DNA of 64,000 nt from an uncultured Gemmatimonadales bacterium (GCA_963798085.1 CAWCRS010000007.1:1376001-1440000); one strand, 5' to 3'; counted from the first letter of the stretch, positions 1 through 11,182 are shown. A program made the numbers and translations. Notes: generated from the sequence alone by a model not told the origin.

Positions 1-1
1 C

Positions 2-601
2 GCGGGCACGCCGCTGCTCTCGGATCCGGGCTCACGGCTGGTGGGAGGCGTGATCGCGGCCGGTCACACCGTAACGCCGATACCGGGCGCGTCCGCACTG
101 CTGGCGGCGCTCGTGGCGTCAGGACTGGATCTGGAGTCGTTCGTGTTCTATGGCTTCCCGCCGCGCGCCGGGACGGCGAGGACGCGGCGGCTGCAGGAAG
201 CGGCGTCGTCGCCTCATACATGCGTGTTCTACGAGGCGCCCGGCCGGGTTTCGAAGCTGCTGGCGGACCTGGAGGCACTGTGCGGCGGGGAGCGGCGCGT
301 GGTGGTGGCGCGAGAGCTGACGAAGCTGCACGAGGAATTCGTGCGCGGAACCCTGGCCGAGGCGGCTGCCTACTATCGCGAAGGGCAGGTCCGGGGCGAA
401 GTTGTAGTCATGCTCGCGGGCGCGCCCGCAGCTGGGGCAGGGGACGCGTCGCAGGCGGTTCAGCTATTGCGTTCGCTGCTGGATGAAGGCGAGAAGCCCA
501 GTGTCGCGGCGCGCACGGTCGCCCGACAGCTCGGGATTCCGCGGAGTGAAGCATACCGGCTGGCGCTCGCGGCACACGAAAGCGCGGAGGAGCAAGGTTG
601 A
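2..601 (+). CDS. rsmI: 16S rRNA C1402 2'-O-methyltransferase, 5'-truncated by window edge
   Basis: Frame from nt 2 reads AGTPLLSDPG; PIPGASA, FYEAPGR and VARELTKLHEE motifs follow. Confidence 0.93.
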   Translation, partial: AGTPLLSDPGSRLVGGVIAAGHTVTPIPGASALLAALVASGLDLESFVFYGFPPRAGTARTRRLQEAASSPHTCVFYEAPGRVSKLLADLEALCGGERRVVVARELTKLHEEFVRGTLAEAAAYYREGQVRGEVVVMLAGAPAAGAGDASQAVQLLRSLLDEGEKPSVAARTVARQLGIPRSEAYRLALAAHESAEEQG

Positions 602-1266
602 AACGAAGCACGCTGGCGCTTCCGCTCCTGCTCGCAGTGGCCCTGCCCGTTGCGGGCCAGGGCCCTGTGCTGACCATCGCGCAACTCCAGTACAGCGGTG
701 GCGGTGACTGGTACGCGAACCCATCGGGCCTGCCCAACCTGCTGCGGGCGATCCGCACGGACACGGGCATGCCGGTGTCCGACCGGCCGGCCAGCACCAA
801 GCTCACCGACCCTGCGCTCTGGAGCTATCCCTACCTGTACATGACCGGCCACGGGAACGTGCGCTTCACCGACGAAGAGGTGAAGATCCTGCGTCGCTAT
901 CTCGAGTCTGGTGGCTTCCTGCACGCCGATGACAACTATGGCATGGACGACAGCTTCCGGCGCGAGATCAAGCGTGTGTTTCCGGAAGCCGAGCTGACCG
1001 AGCTGCCGCCGGACCATCCGATCTATCACACGGTTTACGATTTCCCGCGTGGCCTGCCCAAGATTCACAAGCACGATGGCAAGCCGCCCCAGGGATTCGG
1101 CATCTTCTACAGGGGCCGGCTGGTGGTTTTCTACACGTATCAGTCGGATCTCGGCAACGGCTGGGAAGACCAGAAGACGTACAACGACCCGCAACAGGTG
1201 CGCGAGGAGGCTCTGCACATGGGTGTGAACCTTTTCGTCTTCGCGCTCTCACAGGTGGCATCATGA
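598..1266 (+). CDS. DUF4159 family exported protein
   Basis: Signal peptide; GGGDWYANP, PYLYMTGHG, GGFLHADDNYG and SDLGNGWED motifs; overlaps the rsmI stop. Confidence 0.85.
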   Translation: MKRSTLALPLLLAVALPVAGQGPVLTIAQLQYSGGGDWYANPSGLPNLLRAIRTDTGMPVSDRPASTKLTDPALWSYPYLYMTGHGNVRFTDEEVKILRRYLESGGFLHADDNYGMDDSFRREIKRVFPEAELTELPPDHPIYHTVYDFPRGLPKIHKHDGKPPQGFGIFYRGRLVVFYTYQSDLGNGWEDQKTYNDPQQVREEALHMGVNLFVFALSQVAS

Positions 1267-4200
1267 GCCCGACGCCCGTCTCGCTTGCCGAGCTGATCGG
1301 CGCAGCCCGCCGCATGGTGCGACGCGATGTGATGTTCGCGGTTGCGGGCGCCGTGCTGCTCATTGTGCCGCTGTCGCTGGCCGTGGCATGGCTGCTGGCC
1401 GGCCGCACGGTGTGGGCCGCACCCAGCCCGGGCCCGCTGGCGCTCGAGCTGCTGGCGCTGACCGCCGCGGGCAGCGTGCTGCTCGGACTGCGGCGCCGCT
1501 GGCTGCTGGGCACTGCGGAACGCGACCTGGCCTCGACCGCGGAAGCGGGCGCGCAGCTGCCGAACGGTGCGGTTCTCGGCGTGCTGGAGCTGGCGAGGGG
1601 CGTTCCCGGGGGCACGTCCGTATCGCTGTTCCGGCGCGAGGAAGCGGATGTGGGCCGCAAACTTTCCGGCCACGGCCCGCGCGAAGTCAGCGGCGAGGTG
1701 GGGCGGCGGGCCAGACGGCGGCGGGGCGCGGTGCTTGGCAGCCTGTTAGGCACGACCGCGTTCACCGGTCTTCTCGGCTTCGTGTCGCCCCAGCGCGTGC
1801 AGACCGGCTGGTCGCCGCTGCTGCACCCGCTGGCGCATCTGTCGTCGCCGCCACTGCCGGCCATGGTCGTGACGCCCGGCAATACCGAAGTGCTGCGCGG
1901 CGCGGACCTGGCCGTGCACGTGCTGGCGCCCGGCCGTTTTGCCGTCACCGTGGCGGCACGCGCGGATGGCGATGTGCTGCGCCGCGAAGTGGCCGGCATT
2001 GTCGCTGACAGCGCAGTCGTGGTGCTGCACCACATCGATGCGCGCACCGAGTACTGGGTGGAAGCGCCTGACGGCTCCCAAACAGCGCATTACGTGATCA
2101 CGCCGCGCGACCCGCTGCTGGTCACCGACCTGACCGTGGTGGTGCGCTATCCGGAGTACGTCGGCCGCGCTGCGGACCGCTACTCGACGGAGGTGCCGCC
2201 GCTGGAGCTGCCCGAGGGCTCCACCCTGCAGATCGACGGCCGTGCCACCCGCGCGCTGGCCGCATCCGGGCTCAGCGGTGACAAGGGTGAGGCTGTGCGT
2301 CTCAACGTGAGCGACGATCGCTTCAGCGGCGCGTGGACGCCCGCGGCGGGTGGTGTCTACGAATGGCGCATGAAAGGCCAGGACGGAAGCGATCTGCTGA
2401 CGGCACCCGCGCCCCTCGAGATCTCGCTGCTGGCCGATGCGCCGCCCGTCGTGGAGATCACCTATCCCGGCCGCGACACGCTCGTCGACCCGACGCTGAT
2501 CCACGCGATCGCGGCCGATGCGCGCGACGATTACGGCATCGAGAGTGCCACACTCGTGAACTGGCGTGTCAGCGCCGCCGGCCGTGCGGACCCACCCGTC
2601 GAGATGGCGTTGCCTGTCGACACCGTCACCGACCGCGTGCTGGTGCGCGGCATCCTCGACCTGCGGGAGCGCGACCTGCTGCCTGGTGACACCATCAAGT
2701 ACTTCGTGCGCGTGACGGACAATTCGCCCCGCCATCAGACCGCAGTGTCGACGACGTTCTCGCTCTACCTGCCCGGCGCCTCCGATCTGCGCGACCGCGT
2801 CACCGAGCAGACGGACGACATGGTGAAGCAGGCGCAGGACCTCACGAAGACGACGAAGGACCTGCAGGACGCGACGCAGTCGCTGCAACGCCGCACGGAA
2901 GCCAGCAATGCCCGGCGCAACGACGCCACGCGCAACAGCGGCGCGCAGAATTCCTCGACCGGGGACAAGGGCCAGCTCGGCTTCCGCGAGTCGGAACAGG
3001 CCAGGCAGATCCTGGAGCAGCAACAGAAGGTCATGGCCGGCCTGGAACAGATGCGCGACAAGCTCGAGGCCGTGCAGCGCGCCATGGAGAACGCGGGGCT
3101 GCGCGATCCGGCCACGCAGCAGAAGCTCAAGGAGCTGCGCGAGCAGTACGAGCAGATGATGACGCCGGACCTGCAGCAGCAGATGAAGGACCTGCAGGAC
3201 GCGCTCACCAAACTGGATCCCGAGCAGCTGCAGAAGGCACTCGAGCAGCTGGCGCAGAAGCAGGACGAGATGCGCCAGAAGCTGGAAGAGAGCCTCGAGC
3301 AGATGAAGCACGCGGCCAGCGAGCAGAAGACGGGCGCCCTGGCGCAGCAGGCCAAGGAGCTGGCCACGCAGCAGCAGGCGCTGGCCGACGCAATGCGTCA
3401 GAAGCCGACGGAAAAGGATGCGGAAACACAGCGCCAGCTCGAGCAGAAGGCGAAGGACCTGGCCGCGCAGGTCGACCAGCTGAGCAAGGATCTGGCAACG
3501 CAGAAATCCGATTCCGCTGCGCAGCAGGCGGCACAGGCCGCGCAGCAGCTCAATGCCGCGCGCCAGGACATGAACCAGGCGGCGGAGAAGGCGAAGCAGA
3601 AGCAGCGCGAGGAAGCGGGCAAGGCGGGCCAGCAGGCGGCCGACAAGCTGGATCAAGCCGCGAAACAGCTGGACGCTTCACGCGATCAGCAGTCGGACGC
3701 GTCCGAGCGCGCCATGCGTGAGGCCATCGAGCAGGCGACGAACGAGGCGCTCTCGCTGGCACAGCGGCAGCAGTCACTTCGCGACAAGATGGACCAGGCG
3801 CAGGCGCAGCAGGACAAGACCCAGGCCGGGCAGCAGGCGCAGCAACAGCAGCAGGCCGGCCAGCAGCAGCAGGGACAGCGCGGCCAGCAGCAGCAACAGG
3901 GACAGCGCGGCCAGCAGCAGGGACAGCGCGGCCAGCAGCAGCAGGGACAGCAGGGCCAGCAGAGCGGACAGCAGGGTCAGCAGGGCATGCAGGGGCAGCA
4001 GGGGAATCAGCAGGGCGGGCAGGGCGCCGAGATGCAGCGCCTGCGCGAGGAGCAGGCCGCATTGCAGCAGGGACTCGAGCAGCTGGGTCGCAATCTCTCG
4101 CAGGCCGCGGACCAGAACGGCTCGATGTCGCGCGACGTGGGCAGCTCGCTGGCCAGGGCGAATCTCAGCATGCAGCAGACCATGCAGGGCCTGGAGAAGG

Positions 4201-4883
4201 CGGGGCAGCAGGGGCAGCGCCTGCCCACGCAGGAGGCCGGACAGTCGGTGGATGCGCTGAACCGGCTGGCACTGTCGCTGCTCAAGAGCCAGCAGCAGGG
4301 CGACCAGAACCAGAACGCCTCCGGCGCGCAGCAGGCCATGGAGCAGCTGTCCGCGATCGCGCAGCAGCAGGGCCAGCTGAACGGCCGTTCTAACGCGCTG
4401 TTGCCGCTGAATCTGCCGGCTCAGGTGCTGCAGCAGCAGACCACCAGGATGGCCAGGGAACAGCGCGACATTGCCTCGCAGCTCAACGGTGTGAACGAAA
4501 AGCTGGCGGGGCACGAGGACGTGCTGGGCCGCATGGACGAGCTGGCGGCGGAGGCCGAACGTCTGGCACGCGAGCTGGAGGGCGGGCGACTGCCGGCGGA
4601 AGTGATCGCGCGGCAGGAGCGGCTCTTCCACCGCCTGCTCGACGCGGGCCGCTCGCTGGAGCGCAACGAGACCAGCAACGAGCGCGTGGCGGAACGGCCG
4701 GGCGCCTACACACCTTCGGTGGCGCCGCCGCTCACTGCCGCGCTGCTGGACGCAACACAGCGTTATCGCGTGCCCACGCCGGAAGAGCTGAAGGATATGC
4801 CGCCGGCCTATCGCAAGATGATCCTCGAATATTTCGAGCGCATCAATCGATCGGCGGGAGCGGAGAAGAAGCAGAAGCAGTGA
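1263..4883 (+). CDS. DUF4175-like large membrane-anchored coiled-coil protein
   Basis: N-terminal TM helices; beta-rich region with ARDDYGI and LLPGDTIKYFVRVTDN; long Q/E/K coiled coil; C-terminal PPAYRKMILEYF. Confidence 0.75.
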   Translation: MSPTPVSLAELIGAARRMVRRDVMFAVAGAVLLIVPLSLAVAWLLAGRTVWAAPSPGPLALELLALTAAGSVLLGLRRRWLLGTAERDLASTAEAGAQLPNGAVLGVLELARGVPGGTSVSLFRREEADVGRKLSGHGPREVSGEVGRRARRRRGAVLGSLLGTTAFTGLLGFVSPQRVQTGWSPLLHPLAHLSSPPLPAMVVTPGNTEVLRGADLAVHVLAPGRFAVTVAARADGDVLRREVAGIVADSAVVVLHHIDARTEYWVEAPDGSQTAHYVITPRDPLLVTDLTVVVRYPEYVGRAADRYSTEVPPLELPEGSTLQIDGRATRALAASGLSGDKGEAVRLNVSDDRFSGAWTPAAGGVYEWRMKGQDGSDLLTAPAPLEISLLADAPPVVEITYPGRDTLVDPTLIHAIAADARDDYGIESATLVNWRVSAAGRADPPVEMALPVDTVTDRVLVRGILDLRERDLLPGDTIKYFVRVTDNSPRHQTAVSTTFSLYLPGASDLRDRVTEQTDDMVKQAQDLTKTTKDLQDATQSLQRRTEASNARRNDATRNSGAQNSSTGDKGQLGFRESEQARQILEQQQKVMAGLEQMRDKLEAVQRAMENAGLRDPATQQKLKELREQYEQMMTPDLQQQMKDLQDALTKLDPEQLQKALEQLAQKQDEMRQKLEESLEQMKHAASEQKTGALAQQAKELATQQQALADAMRQKPTEKDAETQRQLEQKAKDLAAQVDQLSKDLATQKSDSAAQQAAQAAQQLNAARQDMNQAAEKAKQKQREEAGKAGQQAADKLDQAAKQLDASRDQQSDASERAMREAIEQATNEALSLAQRQQSLRDKMDQAQAQQDKTQAGQQAQQQQQAGQQQQGQRGQQQQQGQRGQQQGQRGQQQQGQQGQQSGQQGQQGMQGQQGNQQGGQGAEMQRLREEQAALQQGLEQLGRNLSQAADQNGSMSRDVGSSLARANLSMQQTMQGLEKAGQQGQRLPTQEAGQSVDALNRLALSLLKSQQQGDQNQNASGAQQAMEQLSAIAQQQGQLNGRSNALLPLNLPAQVLQQQTTRMAREQRDIASQLNGVNEKLAGHEDVLGRMDELAAEAERLARELEGGRLPAEVIARQERLFHRLLDAGRSLERNETSNERVAERPGAYTPSVAPPLTAALLDATQRYRVPTPEELKDMPPAYRKMILEYFERINRSAGAEKKQKQ
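3820..4025 (+). repeat. Imperfect intragenic tandem repeat (cag)n-ggacagcgcggc encoding a Q/G tract
   Basis: Units of 21-27 nt, e.g. cagcagcagggacagcgcggc, encoding QQQGQRG. Confidence 0.85.
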
Positions 4884-6665
4884 GGAAGGGCGCGCGCTCG
4901 AGGGTCAGCGCAGGCCTGGCGCTCGCGTGCGTCCTCGCCAGCGCCGCGAACGGGGCGGCGCAGGGCGCAGCCGGCGGTGCGGCTGGAGAGCTGGCGCGGC
5001 TGCGTGAGGCAGGCGCGCAGGAGCGCGACGGCGACTATGCGGGCGCGGAGCGCACGCTGCTCGGCGTGCTGGCCGGCAATCCGACGTCGCTCGCCGCACT
5101 CATCGCCCTGGAGCGCGTGGCCGCGCTCGCCGGACACACCGCGAAGGTGCTCCCCGCCATCGACACGCTGCTCGCCCACGAACCCGCCTCCATTGTCGGC
5201 CACCAGAATGCAGGTGCGCACGTACTCCGTGCTGAACGACTCCCTGGCACTGGCGCGTGCGGCGGAGCAGTGGATGCACACGTCGCCCGGAATTGAAACG
5301 CCCTACCGCGAGATTGCGCGTGTCTGGCGCAGCCGCGGCGATGCGCAGCGCGCGATCAATGTGCTGGAACGCGGGCGCAAACACGTCGGCCGGAAGGATG
5401 CGCTTGCTCTCGAGCTGGGTGATGCCTTTGCGGTCACCGGCGACTGGCGTCGGGTGGTGCAGGAGTGGGCGCGCGCCGTGGGCCCGCGCGGCGAAGCGTT
5501 CCTCCTGGTGCAGCGGCGCCTGGCCAATCTGCCCAATGGCGGCGCGCTCGTGATTCCCGGGCTGGTCAATGCGCTGGTGGCGAAGCCGACAACGCCCGAG
5601 CGCATGCGCACCGCCGTGCAGCTGGCGGTCGATGCGGGTCTCAAGGAGCGGGCACTCGCGGTGGCGAGAGCGCTCGCGCCGCAGCTGAAACCGCCCGAAC
5701 GGCGCGGCTTCATGGTGGAACTGGCGAGGCGCTCCGACGGGGCGGGACTGCGCTCGCTCGCGCTCTGGTCCTACGGCCAGATCGTCTCGGAAGGCGGCAA
5801 GCGGGAGCTGCTGCTCCCGGTACGCAGCCGCATGGCCGAGCTGGCGCTTTCGCTGGGTGATACCGTGCAAGCGGAGCGCGCCTATCGCGAACTCGAAGGA
5901 CAGCTGACGCCGGGCTCGCCGGAGCGACGCCAGGCCATGGCGCTGCGCGTGCAGATGCTGGCGCGCGCGCGTGCCTTCGACAGCGCACACGTCGAGCTGA
6001 CACGCCTGATCGCGGAATCGGGCGAAGCCGCGGAAGCGGACGTGGCGGGCGCCACACTCGCCAACGCACTGATCGATGCGGGTCGGCCGGACTCCGCGCA
6101 GACGGTATTGGCAGGTCTGGCGGGACCGCACGCGCGGCTGGCACGGGGGCGGCTCTACATGAATCGCGGCGACGCTGTGCGCGCGCGCGACGAAGTTCTG
6201 GCGGCGGCGCCGCAGCTGGATGGCGGGGAGGCCACCGAAGCACTGGCGCTGGCCACCCTGCTGGCGCGCCTTTCGGAGCGGGGTGGCGACCTTGTGGGTC
6301 GGGCAATGGCCGCGATCACGGCCGGCGACAGACGCCAGGGCATCGTACTGCTGACGGACAGCACGCACGCGCTGCCCGAGAACGAGCGCGCCGCACTGCT
6401 GGACTTCGCCGCCGGCCTCGCCGATCACAGCGGACTCGCGGCCGATGCCGCGCAGATCCGGAAGGACATTGTGGAAGAGGCTCCGCGCGCGCCTGAAGCG
6501 CCGCTCGCGCTGCTGGCGCTGGCGCGGGCTGCGCTCGCGCAACAGGAGCGCGCGGATGCGCGTCTGTTGCTGGAGCGACTGCTGGTCGAGTATCCTCGGA
6601 GCGCGCTCGTGCCCCAGGCCAGAAGCGAGCTGGACCGGCTCGCCGCCGCGCGCTCTCCATCCTGA
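4880..6665 (+). CDS. Exported TPR-repeat protein (apparent +1 frameshift near 5207)
   Basis: ORF 4880 (signal peptide) joins ORF 4977..6665 at caccag-a-atgcag. Ala/Leu-rich helical repeats end in LLVEYPRSALVPQAR. Confidence 0.7.
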
Positions 6666-6685
6666 GACGGACAGGAACGGCACTC

Positions 6686-7945
6686 ATGCGCCGATTTGCC
6701 CTTGCCTTGCTGCTGCTCGCGGGCTTCGCGGGACACGCCCGCGCGCAGTTCCTGCTCATCCCCATGGACCGCGACCAGAACAACCACCTCAAGGCGTACG
6801 GCCTGACGTTCTGGACCATCCAGAAGGGCCTGACGGCGGAGTGGCTGCTCAACTACCGGGACGGCTCGTTCCTGCTGCAGGACAAACCTGAGGTGCGCCG
6901 CGAGGCCGCCATGCGCGGGGTGACTGCCAATCCCATCAACAGCAGCGAGCTGGCGCAGATCCGTTCGACCATCGAAGAGAGCAACATGGAGTCCGTGATC
7001 CTGGAGCGGGCTCCCAAGATCGCTGTCTATACGCCGGGCAACACCAATCCGTGGGACGACGCGGTGACGCTGGCGCTCGACTACGCGGACATCCCCTACG
7101 AGAAGATCTGGGACCCGGAAGTGCTGCAGGGCCGGCTCAAGGAATACGACTGGCTGCACCTGCACCACGAGGACTTCACGGGCCAGTACTCGAAGTTCTA
7201 CATCAGCTATGCGGGCGCGCCCTGGCTGCAGGAAGCGGTGCAGCGCAATGAGGCCGTGGCCAAACAGTTCGGTTTTCCCAATGTCCCTGCTCTCAAGAAG
7301 GCCGTGGCGGAGGAGATCCGGCGCTACGTCTCGGAAGGCGGCTTCCTGTTCGCCATGTGCACGGCGACGGAGACACTCGAGCTGGCATTGGCATCGGCAG
7401 GCGTGGACATTGCCGCGGCGTTCGCGGATGGCACGGGCGTGGACCCGGATGCGTCGCAGAAGATGAAATGGGATCGCACACTCGCGTTCCGCGATGCACA
7501 GGTGCAGGTGAATCCGGCGGTGAACGCGTTCAGCGACATTGACGGGCACCAGGTGAACACACCGTGGCGGCAGCCGCTGGGCGCCTTCGAGCTGTTCGAG
7601 TTCAGCGCCAAGTTCGATCCCGTGCCCTCCATGCTGGTGCAGAATCACGAGAACGTGATCCCGGACTTCTTCGGTCTCACCACCAGCTTCCGCAAGGACC
7701 GGCTCAAGCAGGGCATTATCGTGCTGGCGCAGGAAGAAGGCGCGCCCTGGGTCAAGTACATCCACGGCAATTTCGGGCAGGGCACGTTCACCTTCCTGGG
7801 CGGGCACGATCCCGAGGACCCGCAGCACCAGATCGGTGATTCCTCCACGGATCTGTCACAACACCCGCACTCGCCGGGGTACCGCCTGATCCTTAACAAC
7901 GTGTTGTTCCCGGCAGCCAAGAAGAAGACGCTGAAGACCGAGTAG
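6686..7945 (+). CDS. Conserved exported protein of unknown function (family often auto-labelled asparagine synthetase B)
   Basis: Signal peptide; LIPMDRDQNNHLKAYG, DWLHLHHEDFTGQY, GGHDPED and PGYRLILNNVLFPAA motifs. No true AsnB motifs. Confidence 0.7.
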   Translation: MRRFALALLLLAGFAGHARAQFLLIPMDRDQNNHLKAYGLTFWTIQKGLTAEWLLNYRDGSFLLQDKPEVRREAAMRGVTANPINSSELAQIRSTIEESNMESVILERAPKIAVYTPGNTNPWDDAVTLALDYADIPYEKIWDPEVLQGRLKEYDWLHLHHEDFTGQYSKFYISYAGAPWLQEAVQRNEAVAKQFGFPNVPALKKAVAEEIRRYVSEGGFLFAMCTATETLELALASAGVDIAAAFADGTGVDPDASQKMKWDRTLAFRDAQVQVNPAVNAFSDIDGHQVNTPWRQPLGAFELFEFSAKFDPVPSMLVQNHENVIPDFFGLTTSFRKDRLKQGIIVLAQEEGAPWVKYIHGNFGQGTFTFLGGHDPEDPQHQIGDSSTDLSQHPHSPGYRLILNNVLFPAAKKKTLKTE

Positions 7946-7963
7946 CCGCAGTCGCGGGAGGGG

Positions 7964-10568
7964 GTGGCAGTGGGAATGGTGCATGGACCCGCGCGCGTGC
8001 TGGAACTGGCGCCGGCGGCGGCAGCCGCCATGCGCGAGGAGATCGCGCGTGCCCGCGGCCGCGAGGTCTGCTTCGTGGCCGCCGTGGACGAGGCGGGCCG
8101 CGTGGTGGAGCCGCAGGTGGTTTCGCGCGGCCACGAGCGCGCCGTACTCGCCGCCGTGCGTGATGCGGCACCCGGCTCGCTGGTGCTGCACAACCATCCG
8201 TCCGGCGACCTCACACCGTCCGAAGCCGATCTCAGCGTAGCCGCGGATCTGTACGCGCGCGGCCTCGGCATTGCCATCATCGACAATGACGCGCGCGACC
8301 TCTACGTGATCGTCGAGCCGGCTCGCACGCAGGCGGTCGAGCGGCTGGATGCGGAAGAAGTCGCGGCATTGCTGGCGCCGGGCGGACCCATCAGCCTGGC
8401 GCATCCCGCATACGAAGACCGGCCCACACAGCGCGACCTGACACGCGCGGTGGTGCGCGCCTACGATGAGGGTGGCATTGCGCTGGCCGAAGCGGGCACC
8501 GGCACAGGCAAGTCCATTGCCTATCTCGTGCCCGCTGTGCTCTGGAGCCTGCGCAATCACGAGCGCACCGTGGTCTCCACCAACACGATCAACCTGCAGG
8601 AACAGCTGGTGGGCAAGGACCTGCCTTTCCTGCGCTCCGCACTGGGCCAGCCCTTCCGCTTCGCGCTCGTGAAGGGCCGGAGCAACTACATCTCGATCCG
8701 CCGGCTCCGGCTGGCTGCGCAGGCGGCGCCACTGCTGCTCGATGATGGGCCGGGCAAGGAGCTGGAGGCGCTGACCGAATGGCTCGAGCACACGCGCGAG
8801 GGATCGCTGCAGGACCTGCCCTTCCAGCCCAGTGAAGAAGTCTGGGATGAAGTGGTTTCCGATTCCGACGTCTGCCTGCGGGCGCGCTGCCCGCACTTCG
8901 AGGCGTGCTTCTACCAGCGCGCGCGCCGCGATGCGGCGTCAGCGGATCTGCTGGTGGTGAATCATCACCTGCTGTTCAGCGACATTGCGGTTCGCCGTGC
9001 GCAGGAGAACTACACGGCGCAGGCGGTGCTGCCGCCCTACCGCCGGCTGATCCTGGATGAAGCGCACAACCTCGAGGAAGCCGCGACATCGCACCTGGGC
9101 GTGGGCGTGACGCGCCGCAGCGTACTGCGCCATCTGGCCCGCCTCGACCGGCGAGGTCGTGGTCTGCTGCTGGCCGTCGAGCAGCGCCTGCTGACGGGTG
9201 ATAACGACCTGTTGCAGCAGGAAGCGCTGGAATTCATCGGGCGCGACCTGCGGCCCCGCGTCGAGCGCGCCAGGGAAACGGCAATCGACTTCTTCGCGCA
9301 GCTGGAAGGGTTGTGCGCGCGTGCCGACGATGGCGTGGTGCGGCTGGCCGATGACTTCACGGGCGATGCCGCGTGGATCAACGGGCCGGCGACTGCGCTC
9401 GAAGGGGTGCTGCTGCTGCTGGACGAGCTGTCGCGCGGACTGGCACGGCTGCGCGAGCGCGTGCAGGTGGATCACGGCTGGGCCGAAACGCTGGCGGAAC
9501 CGCTGGTCGAGATGCAGGGCGTGCAGGCCCGCCTGGCCGATACCGCAGCCGGGTTGCGGCTGGCCCTGCAGCCGGGCATGGAGAGTACGCCGCTGGTGCG
9601 CTGGCTGGAGCGGCGAGGCGCGGCGAGGGAGCCTAACATCGCAATACGCGCGGCGCCGGTGGAGCTGGCCGAAGCACTGCGCAGCGGGCTGTTCGAGCGC
9701 ATGGACACCGCCGTGCTGACATCGGCGACACTGACCACGCGCGATGGCTTCGGGTTCCTGCGCTCGCGGCTGGGCCTCGATGCCGGCTTGCGCGTGAACG
9801 AATCGTCGCACCCCACGCCGTTCGACCTGGAAACGCAGACGGTCGTGGCCGTGGTGACGGACATGCCCTCGCCCACGGCGGAAACGAATCTGCGGCTCGA
9901 CCAGTCGACCGCCGCGGTGACCGAAGACCTGGCGCGCATCACGGATGGCGGGCTGTTCGTGCTGTTCACGTCCTACCGCGCGCAGCGCACAGTTGCGGGC
10001 GAGCTGCGCCGCCGCGGTGCGGAAGGACGCTGGCCGCTGTTCGTGCAGGGTGAAGCACCGCGCGCCAAACTGCTGCAGCGCTTCGTCGAATCAGGGCGGG
10101 GCATATTGCTGGGTGTCTCTTCCTTCTGGGAAGGTGTGGATGTGCCGGGTGAGCCGCTGCGCGGGCTGATCATCGCGCGGCTGCCCTTCAAGGTGCCCAC
10201 GGAGCCGCTCACTGCGGCGCGCCTCGAGGCAGTGGAACGGAATGGTGGCAACAGCTTCACGGATTACATGCTGCCTCTCGCCGCTTTGCGGTTGAAGCAG
10301 GGGTTCGGGCGCCTGATTCGGTGCGGGCACCGATCGTGGCGCCGTCGTGATTCTGGATTCGCGCGCCCGCGAACGCGGCTATGGCCGCTACCTGCTCGAT
10401 ACACTGGCGCCATCGCCGGTGGTGGCGGGGCCGTGGGAAGAAGTGCGTGAAAGGCTGCGCGGCTTCTACTTGCGGGAGCAGGGCGACGACGCAGATTCAG
10501 CGTCGTCACGCGCCGGCGGCGCACCCGCCGCCGCACGCCTCGAACCCCTCACCCTGCGCCGCCCGTGA
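7964..10568 (+). CDS. DinG/YoaA-family helicase with N-terminal JAB (RadC-like) domain (apparent +1 frameshift near 10325)
   Basis: HNHPSGDLTPSEAD JAB motif; EAGTGTGKS, ILDEAH, LTSAT, FWEGVDVPG and QGFGRLIR; C-terminus continues as TDRGAVVILDSR in ORF 10347. Confidence 0.88.
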
Positions 10569-11182
10569 GTCTTCCCGCACCCAGCAAGATCGTCTGCGTT
10601 GGCCGCAACTACGCCGCGCACGCTCGCGAACTGGGCAACGACGTGCCGGAACGGCCGCTCATCTTCCTCAAGCCGCCATCGGCCCTGATTCGCGATGGCG
10701 ACACGATAGCGCTGCCGCGACAGTCGCAGCGCGTGGAGCACGAAGGCGAGATCGGTCTGGTGATCGGACGGCAGACGAAAGATGTGACGGAGGCGGATGC
10801 GCTGAAGAGTGTCGCCGGCATCGTCGCCTTGAATGATGTGACAGCACGCGATCTGCAGAAGCTGGATGGGCAGTGGACGCGCGCCAAGGGATTCGACACG
10901 TTCTGCCCGGTCGGGCCGATGGCGCCGCTGAACGGCATCGACTGGATGACGCTCGAGGTGGTGTGCCGCGTCAATGGCGAAGTGCGGCAGCACGGGCGCG
11001 CCACCGAAATGGCGTTCGGGATTCCACTGCTCGTGTCGTTCATCAGTCAGGTGATGACGCTCGAGCCCGGCGACCTGATCGCGACGGGAACGCCCGAGGG
11101 CATTGGCCCGCTTGTGCATGGGGACGTGGTGGAAGTCGAAATACCGGGGCTCAGCCGGGTACGGAATCCGGTGGGGTATTAG
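10565..11182 (+). CDS. Fumarylacetoacetate hydrolase family protein
   Basis: KIVCVGRNYAAH, EHEGE, NDVTARDLQ, AKGFDTFCP and IATGTPEG motifs. Confidence 0.92.
   Translation: MSLPAPSKIVCVGRNYAAHARELGNDVPERPLIFLKPPSALIRDGDTIALPRQSQRVEHEGEIGLVIGRQTKDVTEADALKSVAGIVALNDVTARDLQKLDGQWTRAKGFDTFCPVGPMAPLNGIDWMTLEVVCRVNGEVRQHGRATEMAFGIPLLVSFISQVMTLEPGDLIATGTPEGIGPLVHGDVVEVEIPGLSRVRNPVGY

Noticed and set aside
6686..7945. True asparagine synthetase B
   Set aside because: It has a signal peptide and lacks the N-terminal Cys amidotransferase and SGGLDS motifs.
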